From the NCBI GenBank assembly GCA_031409655.1, contig JANNXQ010000301.1:1-59242 (forward strand): DNA of 59,242 nucleotides, given 5' to 3'. Of the stretch, positions 20,023 to 30,343 are shown in pieces. The stretch's first letter is position 1. Every line of letters starts with the position of its first letter. The position numbers and the translations under genes were made by a program. Origin of the DNA: Chthoniobacteraceae bacterium (GTDB lineage: Bacteria > Verrucomicrobiota > Verrucomicrobiia > Chthoniobacterales > Chthoniobacteraceae). Under the pieces are notes generated by a model. That model had not been told where the DNA came from. It was given only the letters and a program-made list of their open reading frames with translations, and searched no databases.

Positions 20023-21132
20023 TTACTTGCGGGGCATCGGCGCGGCGACGGGAGCCTCCATCGGATTCCAATCCTTCGGCGACCGCGGTTCATAGCCGCG
20101 CGCTTCGAGCCAGGCATTGCGCCTCTGATGCTATTTGTCCTTCGCCGCCTGACCTTCGATGAATCTCATGCCTCCCGGAACCCGCGCGCCGTAGCTCCCC
20201 GGCGTTCCGAGCCAAAGGAGATAGTTCGTTCCCTGAAATGTCGAGTCCTTCGGAAAATTCAGAAGCTTCCAGCCATTGCGCGGTTGTTTGTCGGCGGCAA
20301 AGACTGAATCTGTGATGACGACTTGGTGATTTCTGGATTTGTAGCCATGAAGTTTGAACCATGCGCCCGGCCCTGGCTCACCGGCCGAGGTCACGGCGAG
20401 ACGCACCAGCGTGCGGGTGATGCGGATCGTGGCATCCTCGTCCGGCCCGATCGTCGGAAGCTCCAGATACCTCACGCCGTTGACCTGCTCATTCTGCTCG
20501 GACATGAAGGTGCAGATCCCGTCGAACAGGCTGTCCTCGACTGCCCCGGGCATGAATTCGTCGTCCTCGATGGCGTCATCGCGAATGCCGGTCACATAAC
20601 AATCGCGCATCAGAAAGCGGCCGGTGTTCGGATAGCTTCGCTGCTTGAAGCCCGGGGTCTCCCGCGGTCGCCAGCCATCCTACATATTGTGAATGCGCGT
20701 CCCTTCCACCGACTGGAGACCGCTCGCAATCGTCAGGAAGGCCGACCCGCCAAAGGCGTGCGTCAAAGTCCAACTCTATTCCAGCGGAATTTTGCCGTGG
20801 ATGACCCCTCCGAGCACCCGCAGGTTTTTCGGGGCCGTTTGCTGTTCCCCCGCCACAAACGCGGTGGACGTGGGGTGGTCATCCTTGGAAGTCAAATACA
20901 GCCCCGTGAGATCGAAGGTCGTATCGTCGGCCACATCGGCATGAGCAAAGTAATTGAAGCCAATCCTGCCCTCGATCTTGACGATAGGACCATGCGCTGT
21001 TGTCGCGGGCGTGGCCGAGACTTTGAAGGCGGGTTCTTTGTTTTTGGCGGCGTAAGCGAAGCCGCCGATGCCAAGCAGGTAGAACAAGAAAAGTGGAGCC
21101 ATGTTCGATGGGGCGATGGGTTGGCGGTTCAT
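20023..21132 (-). pseudogene. Secreted beta-helix/pectin-lyase-like protein with three in-frame TAG codons
   Basis: ORFs 20776..21210 and 20131..20610 share one frame. TAG at 20776, 20680 and 20131; final TAA at 20023. Motif RDCYVTGIRDDAIEDD. Confidence 0.72.
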
Positions 21133-21302
21133 GCGATGCGACAGGGTTGGATGGGAGAGACAACAGAGTTTGATCAGGCCGTTCTCGCTCAGCGGGTTCC
21201 ACGTGGTCACGGCTCTTCCGAAGCCTGCCGTTAAACTCGAAATCAGGCACGCTCTTTCAATACGTCATCACGCACCGGCGCGGGGAGCCCTACACGCGCC
21301 AC

Positions 21303-21590
21303 TCAGCGCCGCTCCGCATTGAGGAACTCATCCAGCTTGTTCATCACATCCTGCATCTGGCTCAGGTTGTAGCTGCTGCCAGCGCTCTTCTCCACACCCC
21401 AGGCCAGCCGGGCTCGCACATGCACGCCGGGGATGGTTTCACCGGCCTCAATGCGGCTGATGGTATCGCGTGAGACGCCGCACTTTCGTGATGATGGGAC
21501 TGAGCAGCTCTTTCCCTCTGATTGTGACAGCCTCGTTCAACATGATCTGCACCTGCTTCACATCGCCGGGATTGAGCTTGGGAGTGCCAT
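21303..21590 (-). pseudogene. XRE-family HTH remnant fused to the C-terminus of a small protein
   Basis: KCGVSRDTISRIEAGETIPGVHVRARLAWG runs in frame into SSYNLSQMQDVMNKLDEFLNAERR*; upstream part is frameshifted. Confidence 0.6.
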
Positions 21591-22540
21591 CGGGATAAGC
21601 CGCGCGGAGGTTGCATGAAAAAGTGCATGTCTCATGCGGTGCGAGCGCGGCGGTGCCCTAGTCATGCCTTTATCAATCTTCGCGTAGTCATCGGGCAGAA
21701 TATTCTTGATGGCGAGTTACAGTCGCTTGGTGTTCACCGAGCGCGAGAAGCGCCGGTCGCAGCCAAAGGTCGGCTCGACCGTTCGCAGATGCTGCGCTGC
21801 CGAGTCCGTTAATTTACCGCCGAAGCGGCTCTGGAGACGCGGAATTTCGTGAATGAGGCTTTTTTTGCGAGACGGGAGCATTTTGGCCCGAACCGCCAGA
21901 GCGGAGCGCGACCGATGCGCGGAGTGGATGCGGGTGCGGTGTACACCATGCGCGATCTGCGAGTCCGCGCGATTAGGTCGGGTAGAATTTGCGCGCCGGA
22001 GGGGACGGGCAGCAGCGTTACTTCGTGACCCTCCATCCGGTGGAGCCGCTGCCAGGCGAGTGGCGCACGCGCTTTGTTTCCCCGGGCGGCACCGGACATG
22101 CGGACTTCCCGCCTTTCGTCACCCGGATTGCAAAGCAGGCGCTGCCGGAGGGCTTTTTGGTGGTGCAACTGGTCGCCCCCGTGTGGTCGCCCGCGTAGGC
22201 GGAGAACCCTGATCATCAAGCTGCATGAATGGCGACGGCTTGTCGGTTCTACCGAAATCCGGCGAGACGGGGACCTTCGTGGCGATGTCGGCTTTCCATT
22301 CGCGGCGACTCCCGCAGTTGGCGTCCGCGACGCATCGAGCTTTGGCCAGAAGTTCAAACGCCGCTTTCGCCCGTCCGCGCAAGATCGGTAAAGGCAGGCC
22401 CGTCGATGACCTCCATCCCGCACGAAAGGTGGCTCGGCTTGGGGGCGAGTCTTTGACCTGCCTCAGCGGAAACCAATACGCAGCGATGCGGAAAATTTCT
22501 CGATGAATCGGCACGCGCGGGGTTAGCAATGCAACCCCGC

Positions 22541-23911
22541 ATGAAACTTACCCCTCACCTTTTCACCATTCTCGTCGCCGTCTCCGTGTCGCAAGCCGCC
22601 GACGCTCCACCTGCCGGCTTTACTTCGCTCTTCAATGGCAGGGATCTCACGGGATGGATGCCGGTGAATGTCGCACCGGATACTTTCAGTGTGCGTGAGG
22701 GTATGATCGTGACCAATGGGAAGCCAACGGGCTACATGCGGTCGGCGAAGATGTACGAAAACTTCGTCCTCGAAGTGGACTGGCAGCATCTGACGCCGAA
22801 GGGGAATAGCGGGGTCTTCATTTGGGGGGATGGCATCCCGGCGATGGGTACCGGTTACACCCGTGGCATTGAGGTGCAGGTGCTCGAAAACAGTTACGGC
22901 GAGAATAAAGGGAACAATGAGTGGTTCACGACGCACGGCGACATTTTTCCCATCTGGGGCGCGGAGATGACCCCGATGGGGCGTCTCGCGAAGCGTGGTA
23001 AGCGGAGCTTCCCTACGGAGGATCGGAGTAAGCCAGCGCCGGAATGGAATCACTACCGCATCACGTGCAATGCCGGCGAAATCCGGCTCGAGGTGAACGG
23101 CAAGGAGACCACGGTGGGGAAGGACTGCGTGCCGCGGAAGGGGTTCATCGCGCTCGAGAGTGAAGGTGCGGAGTGTCACTTTAAGAACATCTTCATCAAA
23201 GAACTGCCTTCGACGAACACGCCGCCTGAACAGACTGCGAATCCGTACGAGGGCTATACCTCGCTGTACAACGGCGTCGATTTCACTGGCTGGAAAGTTC
23301 CCGAGGGCGACAACGGTCACTGGAAAGCACAGGATGGCATCATCGACTACGACGCGCGCAGCGAAGCGCCCGGCGAGAAGCATCTGTGGAGCAAAAAGGA
23401 ATACGGCGACTACACCCTGGTGGTCGATTGGCGAATCAAGGAGACGCCGTTTACCAATCCCCGGGCCGCGCAAATCCTGCCCGATGGCTCGGATGCGAAA
23501 GGTCCTGATGGGAAGCCGATTCAACTCACCATTCCCGACTCAGACTCCGGCATCATCCTCGCCGGCGATCAGAAGTATCAGGTGAATATCTGGTGCTGGC
23601 CCATCGGCTCGGGGGAAATGTACGGCGTGCGTCGCGATGCCGCAATGCCGTCGGAAGTGCGCGCTGGCGTGACGCCGAAGGTCAAGGCTGACCATGCCGT
23701 AAAAAGCTGGAACCGCTACGAGATCACCGTTCGCAAAGGCACGGTGACGGTGGTACTGAACGGTCAGGAAGTCGTCTCTAGCGGCCCGATTCCCGGCATG
23801 CCCGCGCGCGGCCGAATTGGCCTGCAGCACCACGGCGCGATGAAGGACGGCGAGTGGACCAGTCCGCCGTCGCTGGTGCAGTTCCGCAACGTTTTCATCA
23901 AAGAGCTGTAA
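22541..23911 (+). CDS. Tandem DUF1080 (3-keto-disaccharide hydrolase-like) protein
   Basis: Two repeats: SLFNGRDLTGW...NSGV...WNHYRI...GFIALESE and SLYNGVDFTGW...DSGI...WNRYEI...GRIGLQHHG; signal peptide. Confidence 0.93.
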   Translation: MKLTPHLFTILVAVSVSQAADAPPAGFTSLFNGRDLTGWMPVNVAPDTFSVREGMIVTNGKPTGYMRSAKMYENFVLEVDWQHLTPKGNSGVFIWGDGIPAMGTGYTRGIEVQVLENSYGENKGNNEWFTTHGDIFPIWGAEMTPMGRLAKRGKRSFPTEDRSKPAPEWNHYRITCNAGEIRLEVNGKETTVGKDCVPRKGFIALESEGAECHFKNIFIKELPSTNTPPEQTANPYEGYTSLYNGVDFTGWKVPEGDNGHWKAQDGIIDYDARSEAPGEKHLWSKKEYGDYTLVVDWRIKETPFTNPRAAQILPDGSDAKGPDGKPIQLTIPDSDSGIILAGDQKYQVNIWCWPIGSGEMYGVRRDAAMPSEVRAGVTPKVKADHAVKSWNRYEITVRKGTVTVVLNGQEVVSSGPIPGMPARGRIGLQHHGAMKDGEWTSPPSLVQFRNVFIKEL

Positions 23912-23912
23912 A

Positions 23913-23950
23913 CGGAGCGGCTGTTTCCAGACTGCTGATCTACCGCTCCG
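23913..23950 (+). terminator. Stem-loop after the DUF1080 gene
   Basis: CGGAGCGG...CCGCTCCG inverted repeat immediately after the stop codon. Confidence 0.4.
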
Positions 23951-24276
23951 AATTATTGTGCCCATTCTTCCAAGGCGGTGCGAGTAGGGCGTGGGCTCCT
24001 GGGTCGGCTGTCTGGAGACAGACGCTTGGAGGGCTGCGCCTCTCCGCCATGGTCACAGTATTTTTGAAAGATGTTATCTGGGACAGCGTGATTATGTCAG
24101 ATGATACCGGAGGGGGCTGGGATTTTCACAGAAGTCGAACAGTGCGAGCCGGAACAGGCATCTTCGAGCGTGCGAATTTGAGAAGGTAAATTGCCCACTC
24201 TCGTGCGCCCTAAAATGTATCGACATCAGCGCGGATCGCCTGATAGGCAACTTGCTGAAGCAATTGCAATTTAACC

Positions 24277-25335
24277 ATGGATCGTCGCTGTCTGAAGATT
24301 CTCCGATATCTTCTATGTGGAATGCTGGTGTTGGTCGCCAAGTCGGCGTCGCTGGCTGGCCGTCCCTTGGACGAGTACGACTTTTCTTTGCGTTTTCCCG
24401 CCGCGATCAGCCGGTTTGCTCCCTACGGGGACGTTGCCGGCTTGGGTGGGGCGCAAGCAGCCAGCGAGTACTCGAGTTCCACCAACCCAGCTTCGGGCGC
24501 ATGGCCCCAGCCGGCGCGGAAATATTCAAATTCCTTCTCTCCCCAGTTTACGACGGTCCGTTTTGCCGAGAGCCAGGATCTCTACGTGACCGCGCAGGCC
24601 TTGGCCGTGGACGCAGGTGTGTGGGGCTCGTTTCTCCCGGCCGCAGCCCAACTCCGCAGTAACCGCGCTGAGGATAGTTCGGGAGTCGGCTTCCGCGTCG
24701 ACGCCGAGTCCTACCAACTGCAATGGGCCAAACGAGTTGGGGATCAGACTACGATTGGCGCAAACTTCAATGCGACCTACACCGACATTCGCTATTACGA
24801 TCGAGATCTCGGCGAGATTGCACGTTCGAGGAGCGATGCTTACGATATCAGGCTGGGCTTGGTTCGTCAGTTTCTCCCGCGGTTGCGGGTTGGCGCTGTC
24901 GTAGATTACGGCTGGTCGCCCGCGCGCACCGACAAGCTCGGGTTTGATTTCAAGACTTTCTCCCTCAAGAATTTCCGCACTCGTGATACGACGCACCAGT
25001 TCCTCTGGAGACTCGGGCTGACGTGGGAATATCAGGAAGGCTCGGATCTGTATCTCGACTACCAAGGTGCCAGCTTCTTTAACGACGAAGGCACTCTGCT
25101 GGTTCATCGCTTCTCCCTGGGAATCGAACAGCAACTCCTCAAGGATATCCTTTTCGGGCGCGTCGGAGTGACGATCGACGCCCGTGGCGAAGTGTCCGCG
25201 ACCGCAGGCATTGGAGTGACACTTGGCACTCGCGCCAGCCTCGATCTCGCATACCAGCACAATTCATTTCCAGAAATCCGCAAAGAGTTCGGCCAAGCGC
25301 AAAGTTTTGTGATTTCGCTGGGTGTCGGCTTTTAG
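24277..25335 (+). CDS. Outer-membrane beta-barrel protein, FadL/OmpP1-like
   Basis: Signal peptide; AGLGGAQAA...TNPA hatch-like motif; alternating beta strands; C-terminal Phe (ISLGVGF). Confidence 0.7.
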   Translation: MDRRCLKILRYLLCGMLVLVAKSASLAGRPLDEYDFSLRFPAAISRFAPYGDVAGLGGAQAASEYSSSTNPASGAWPQPARKYSNSFSPQFTTVRFAESQDLYVTAQALAVDAGVWGSFLPAAAQLRSNRAEDSSGVGFRVDAESYQLQWAKRVGDQTTIGANFNATYTDIRYYDRDLGEIARSRSDAYDIRLGLVRQFLPRLRVGAVVDYGWSPARTDKLGFDFKTFSLKNFRTRDTTHQFLWRLGLTWEYQEGSDLYLDYQGASFFNDEGTLLVHRFSLGIEQQLLKDILFGRVGVTIDARGEVSATAGIGVTLGTRASLDLAYQHNSFPEIRKEFGQAQSFVISLGVGF

Positions 25336-25357
25336 GGGGATCGAGAATGCCGCCGTT

Positions 25358-27016
25358 ATGAATTCGCTGCTCGATCAAACGATTACTATAAATTTCTTCT
25401 CAATAATTGATATCGTCGCATTACTAATTACGACCCCAGTCTTAATTGTATCCGTTATCCGATTCGCCCGCGTTACGCGGGATGAAGCAGACCTCGCTTT
25501 CACGCTGGTCACTCTCGCGGTTGTGTTAGCCGGCGTACTAATCCTCGCAGAGGACAACATTGTGCCAGCCGGAGTTCCGTCAGTCTCAATCCAAGACGGG
25601 GCTTCTTACTCTCTTTCTCTGGTGCGTGGCATCTACGTGCTCGGTGCTCAAATCCTTGCGGCAACCCTTCATTTTGCTTTGCGGTACACCAACAGCCAGC
25701 ATTTGAAAGGAGCGAAGGTGATGTGGCTCTACGCCGGCGCAATATCCTTGTGTCCGCTTATATGGTCTCCACTGTTCCTGAAGATGCCGTCACACCCGAA
25801 CAGCATTACAAGCAGTTGGAAAAGAGCGGTGCCATGGCATCCGGTTTCGGGCGAATTACTTTGGATCTACGCAGCCCTTTGGATCATGGGTGTGTGCTAC
25901 GTACAGTATTTGTTGTGGCGAGGGGCCTCTTCTGGGTCGCTTCGATCCGCTGCCACAGTCCGTTCGACAACGGTCATAATTGGTTTGGCGGTGATTTCAT
26001 TCTCGGCGGTCGTGATGATTATCGAGGCGCTGTCCGGATACCTTGGAGTAGCTCTGGCGCCGTTTGCAATGTCAGTGGGAATGGGAGTCGTCGGAGTGGG
26101 TTTGGTCTTTGAGTGGGAGTTATCCACGAGGGAGCATGAACACGTGACACAACGCTTTCAGAGTTATGTCGATCCGGCTCTCGTAAAGTATGTCCTTGAA
26201 CATCCTGAAAATGTTCGGTTCGAAGGAGAGGTGCGGGAACTCACGGTTGTGTTCACTGATTTGGAGGGTTACACGCCTTTGGCGGAAGCACTTCGTGAGC
26301 GAGCAGTTCCCCTCCTCAATGAATACTTTAGCTTGTTGACACCACTTATCCGCGAGCAAAATGGCTACCGGAGCAAGTTCCTTGGTGATGGGATTATGTT
26401 TTTTTATAAGGCACCCGAGTGGAATTGCGATCATGCCATTCAAGCGGTGGCGACCGTCCTGAAGATGCAGCAAACCCTGGCCCAATTTAACGCTAGTCTG
26501 TTCGATCGGGGGATGAAGCCATTGGTGACACGAATCGGAGTTAGCTCTGGAGAAATGGTTGTTGGTGATGCAGGATCTGCCGAAGGTAGCGACTATACGG
26601 TTTTAGGTGATGCGGTGAATCTTGGCGCGAGGCTTGAGTCGGCAAACAAAATAACTGGAACTCACATTCTGATGGGCGAAGGGACGATGAAGCTTTTGCC
26701 GAGGGATCTATTTCTGGTTCGACCTATCGGCAAGCTGCAAGTTGTAGGATTGAGTCGTGCCGTCATGACTTACGAACCTCTGTCCTACTGTACTCAAGCT
26801 AGCGACTTGCAGCGGAATCTTGCGAGACTGACGCAGCACATGGTCGATGCCTTCATTGGAGGTGATTTCGAGGCTTGCTTGAACGCGGAGCATCATCTCG
26901 TGGAAGCCTGTGGTCCGAGCAAATTGGCCGCTCTTTACCGTCGTTCCTGCGAAGAGTGGATCGCGCAACCCGCTGGCGCTGAGTTTTCCGGGGAAATTGT
27001 CCTCACTGCGAAGTAG
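25358..27016 (+). CDS. Multi-TM (about 7) class III adenylate cyclase
   Basis: About 7 hydrophobic segments, then FQSYVDP, VVFTDLEGYT, SKFLGDG, RIGVSSG, DYTVLGDAVNLGARLES. Confidence 0.92.
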   Translation: MNSLLDQTITINFFSIIDIVALLITTPVLIVSVIRFARVTRDEADLAFTLVTLAVVLAGVLILAEDNIVPAGVPSVSIQDGASYSLSLVRGIYVLGAQILAATLHFALRYTNSQHLKGAKVMWLYAGAISLCPLIWSPLFLKMPSHPNSITSSWKRAVPWHPVSGELLWIYAALWIMGVCYVQYLLWRGASSGSLRSAATVRSTTVIIGLAVISFSAVVMIIEALSGYLGVALAPFAMSVGMGVVGVGLVFEWELSTREHEHVTQRFQSYVDPALVKYVLEHPENVRFEGEVRELTVVFTDLEGYTPLAEALRERAVPLLNEYFSLLTPLIREQNGYRSKFLGDGIMFFYKAPEWNCDHAIQAVATVLKMQQTLAQFNASLFDRGMKPLVTRIGVSSGEMVVGDAGSAEGSDYTVLGDAVNLGARLESANKITGTHILMGEGTMKLLPRDLFLVRPIGKLQVVGLSRAVMTYEPLSYCTQASDLQRNLARLTQHMVDAFIGGDFEACLNAEHHLVEACGPSKLAALYRRSCEEWIAQPAGAEFSGEIVLTAK

Positions 27017-27285
27017 GAGCACTGTTGGAAATTTGGAACACGTTCAGGCGGGTTGAAGCGGGTGGATCGAGGAGCGATTGCACTTTTGGATCGTGGTTGT
27101 GCTTTTGGTTTCAGCGAATCAATGCAGGTGGGGTGCGCTCCCTCGCCTTTGTTTGAAGTGGCCCACGGAAAGGGATCTTTGAATTCGCCTTGTTTAAGGA
27201 TGCCTCGGAGAGGTTGAATGTTCTTCGGTAATGGGCTTTAACAATTGCTGAATCATCTATTCAAAAGTGAGCGGGAGTGTTTTTT

Positions 27286-28629
27286 ATGAAATCACCATTC
27301 GAAGAAATTGCGCTGGAAGCCTTCCAGAGAGCGGCCGCGTGTGTTCCATCCTATCGTGAACTTCTGCTAGAGGCTGGAGTCCGGCCTGGGGAAGTCCGGA
27401 CGATTGAAGACTTCCGGCGGCTACCGATCCTTGAAAAGGAGAATACCTTTCGCCGATTTCCGATCGAAAAGTTGTGTGTCGATGGCGAACTGGGCCGACC
27501 CGATTCCGTGCTGACGAGTTCGGGGCATTCCGGGGTTTTTGCTTTCGGCCTCACTGATGAGGGGAGCACTGCGGCGACGACGGAATGGATCGATGGACTG
27601 TTGGATATGATTTTTGGGGTTCGTTCGCGGAAGACTCTTCTCGTCAACTGCCTGCCGATGGGAGTGAAGGTGCAAACATCGGCATGCACGCTTGCGGAGA
27701 CCAGTGTGCGGGCAGACATGGTGGTCGGGTTGGTAAAGTCTTTCGGGCGGCACTACGCGCAGATTATCCTCGTCGGGGAGGCGGCGTTCGTGAAGCACCT
27801 GCTCGAATTAGGGGAGCATTCTGGGATCCATTGGGCAGACCATCGCGTCCACGTGATTCTTGGCGAAGAGCCCTTGGCCGAGAACGCGCGCAAATATCTC
27901 GAAGGGCTCCTTGGGATCACTCAAGGACGAGAAGATCGTGGGATCGTGTGTTCGTCGATGGGGGTGGGAGAAGTCGGGCTGAATCTTTTCAGCGAAGTGC
28001 CACCGGTCGCGCCCTTGATCGCGCTGCGTCGCGCTCTGCATGAGAGCGAAGCGTTGCGTCAGCTTGTTCTTGGTGGTCCAGACTGCGTACCGTCCATTTT
28101 CACTTACGACCCAAGGCGGATTTACGTGGAGTTTGATCCCGTCGGACGCTTGATCGTCACGACTCTCGATCCTCGTTTGCGCGTTCCTTTGATCCGATAT
28201 GCGACAGGTGATTGCGGGAGCGTGCTGTCCGTGTCGCCGGAGGCTCAGGTGGCGCTTGAGCAAATTGGCATTCCGGCGGCGCTCTTCGATGCCATTCCGA
28301 TCGTCCTGATCGATGGACGAGGAAAGTATGCGTCTTCCGGCGAAGCGCGAGTGTATCCAGAATCGGTGAAGGAGGGCATCTATCTGGTCCCAGAGTTGGC
28401 GAAGCTCACGACGGCAAATTTCCGGCTCGTTTCGGGTGAGGGGTCAGCGACGGTGCGAATTCAGCTTTCGCCTGGCATTCATCCGAGTGCGGAGGTCGAC
28501 GACCGCTTCAACGATGCGATCAGGCGTTACGTCCGCGCGCCGATTATAGTCCGAACCGAAGCCTACGAGACCTTTGGCAGCGGGATGACTTTGGATTTCG
28601 AGCGGAAATTTGACTATCTCGGGCGGTAG
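27286..28629 (+). CDS. Phenylacetate-CoA ligase (PaaK)-like adenylate-forming enzyme
   Basis: VPSYRELL...FRRLPILEK, LTSSGHSG P-loop-like motif, VPLIRYATGD, VYPESV. Confidence 0.85.
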   Translation: MKSPFEEIALEAFQRAAACVPSYRELLLEAGVRPGEVRTIEDFRRLPILEKENTFRRFPIEKLCVDGELGRPDSVLTSSGHSGVFAFGLTDEGSTAATTEWIDGLLDMIFGVRSRKTLLVNCLPMGVKVQTSACTLAETSVRADMVVGLVKSFGRHYAQIILVGEAAFVKHLLELGEHSGIHWADHRVHVILGEEPLAENARKYLEGLLGITQGREDRGIVCSSMGVGEVGLNLFSEVPPVAPLIALRRALHESEALRQLVLGGPDCVPSIFTYDPRRIYVEFDPVGRLIVTTLDPRLRVPLIRYATGDCGSVLSVSPEAQVALEQIGIPAALFDAIPIVLIDGRGKYASSGEARVYPESVKEGIYLVPELAKLTTANFRLVSGEGSATVRIQLSPGIHPSAEVDDRFNDAIRRYVRAPIIVRTEAYETFGSGMTLDFERKFDYLGR

Positions 28630-28641
28630 CAAAGGACGGAT

Positions 28642-29802
28642 TTAAGTCGCAGGCGAGAGATCGAGCATTGATCCGCTGTCGGCGGCACTTGCTGGCTCGT
28701 GACCTAGGGGAAGCGACGAGAACCATTCCTGAATGGTGTCGATGAAGGTGCGTCCGGTGACGGAATCGAAGACGTTTTTGCCCCAGCGGTCGCGGAGGAT
28801 TTCCCACTCGGAGGGCAAGCAGCGGTCGATGAAATTTGATTCCGTGACGAAGAGCTGCCGCAGGGTCTCGATCTGGCCGAATTGCTCCTCGGCCGCGTAG
28901 TCCCAGTCTGCGACGTGGTCGAGGTAAGGGTTGGAAATGGCCATGAACTGGCGCACGAATTCGGCGGCTTCGTCGCGGAGTGGGAGACCGCCGGTGTAGC
29001 GGGCGGATTCCAGGCTGAGCGCGACGACGGGGTCGAAGATGGTCTCGGAATAGCTGCGCTCGGAGCCGACTTCCCGGTAGCCGAGCAATTCGTAAAAGCT
29101 GCCGTGGCTCGGGCTGACCGTGGCGATGGATTCATCGTATTCGGCGTAGATGACGTGGGCGGCGGCGCAGCGCATGAGTTCCGTGGCCAAGCCTGATTTC
29201 CGATGCTCGGCGGCGATGACCTGATTGGTCCACTCGCAGAGGCGAGCGCCAGTGGCCCGCAGACGGTCCAATTCATCGCGGAACGCTGCATCTGATGGCA
29301 GTCCGAGCTCCGGAGAGTCGCCCGCGATGCTTAAGACGCCGACCACTTTGCCGCCCACTTTGGCGACGAAGGTGGCCATCTCCGCAGTGGCTTCAAACAT
29401 CCTCATGCGCAAGCCTGCGGGATCGGGATCGATGTAGCCGGATTCGAGGTAGACATCATGCACGAGCCGATAGGCGTCGCGCAGGTCTTCAAAGCATTGC
29501 GCCCGTTCGATCGTGGCCTCCATCGATTGCCCGAAAAGTCCCGAACGCTTGAGCATGGCGAGTCGGCGGCGGCTCCGGCGTTCATCGGCGGGTTGTTCGG
29601 CGTTCCAGCGGGACGTTTCGAGAGTCGAAGCCTGCAGCCGTTGGTAGTCAGCCGTGGCGTTGAGCGACCGCAGCGAAGGTGGTGCGGTGTTCCTCTTCGC
29701 CATTCGGCTGGAAGACCAACCAGTTTCGCTGGCGACATCATCGAGTCCGCGGTCCAGCGCGCGCTGGGCCTGCATTTCTATGAGATCAAGGGAGTCGTTC
29801 AT
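28642..29802 (-). CDS. FeeM-like N-acyl amino acid synthase (GNAT fold)
   Basis: AYRLVHDVYLESGYI, ATFVAKVGGKVVGVLSIAGDSPELGLPSD, LCE, TVSPSHGSFYELLGY, PVVAL. Confidence 0.82.
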   Translation of the reverse strand: MNDSLDLIEMQAQRALDRGLDDVASETGWSSSRMAKRNTAPPSLRSLNATADYQRLQASTLETSRWNAEQPADERRSRRRLAMLKRSGLFGQSMEATIERAQCFEDLRDAYRLVHDVYLESGYIDPDPAGLRMRMFEATAEMATFVAKVGGKVVGVLSIAGDSPELGLPSDAAFRDELDRLRATGARLCEWTNQVIAAEHRKSGLATELMRCAAAHVIYAEYDESIATVSPSHGSFYELLGYREVGSERSYSETIFDPVVALSLESARYTGGLPLRDEAAEFVRQFMAISNPYLDHVADWDYAAEEQFGQIETLRQLFVTESNFIDRCLPSEWEILRDRWGKNVFDSVTGRTFIDTIQEWFSSLPLGHEPASAADSGSMLDLSPAT

Positions 29803-30343
29803 CACCGGTGAGAAATAAGAGATAAGATTATAAAATTCATAAAGCTGGTGGTGTGCCGTTCACGCTCCCATTTCGTCGAATGAACGGGAGAAACAGCGTG
29901 GCAAGTCGGCTGGAGAGCCAGCCTTCTCAGCCCGCTCGTCTTGCCCTAATCGGCGCTGTTTTGTCGAGCACTCGGAGCTCTTTGAAAGAGGAATAGTGCG
30001 GCGTGAGCCGCTGGAGAAGATGGGTGTTTTGGGGGCTAGGAGTTGCATTCGTGGGGAGAATCGAAAGGGTTGCTTACAAGAACACGGCGGGCTCGCAATA
30101 CATTTTATCAGCGGTTTTTCCATTCTCCTGTAGGCCTCTGCGTGAGCACGGAAAAAAGGCTTGGCGGGCCGTGGCCTGGAACGCCGGTTGTGAGCAGCGC
30201 AATTCGACCGGTTCTTCTCTCATAAAGATTCGGTTCAGACGCTGCAGTTTCATTGCTGCAGCGCGCTCGATCCGGAGTCCTTCGGCAAGCTGAAACTACC
30301 GCATTCCCAACGGCCTACACCGGTGGCCGCGAGGAGCCAGTGG

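Noticed and set aside
15382..20778. Alternative genetic code (TGA or TAG as Trp)
   Set aside because: TGA and TAG terminate many intact genes in the window, TGG is used freely, and the same region carries frameshifts and deletions.
21809..22506. Several short overlapping ORFs
   Set aside because: No motif or clear coding signal; no real gene could be chosen.
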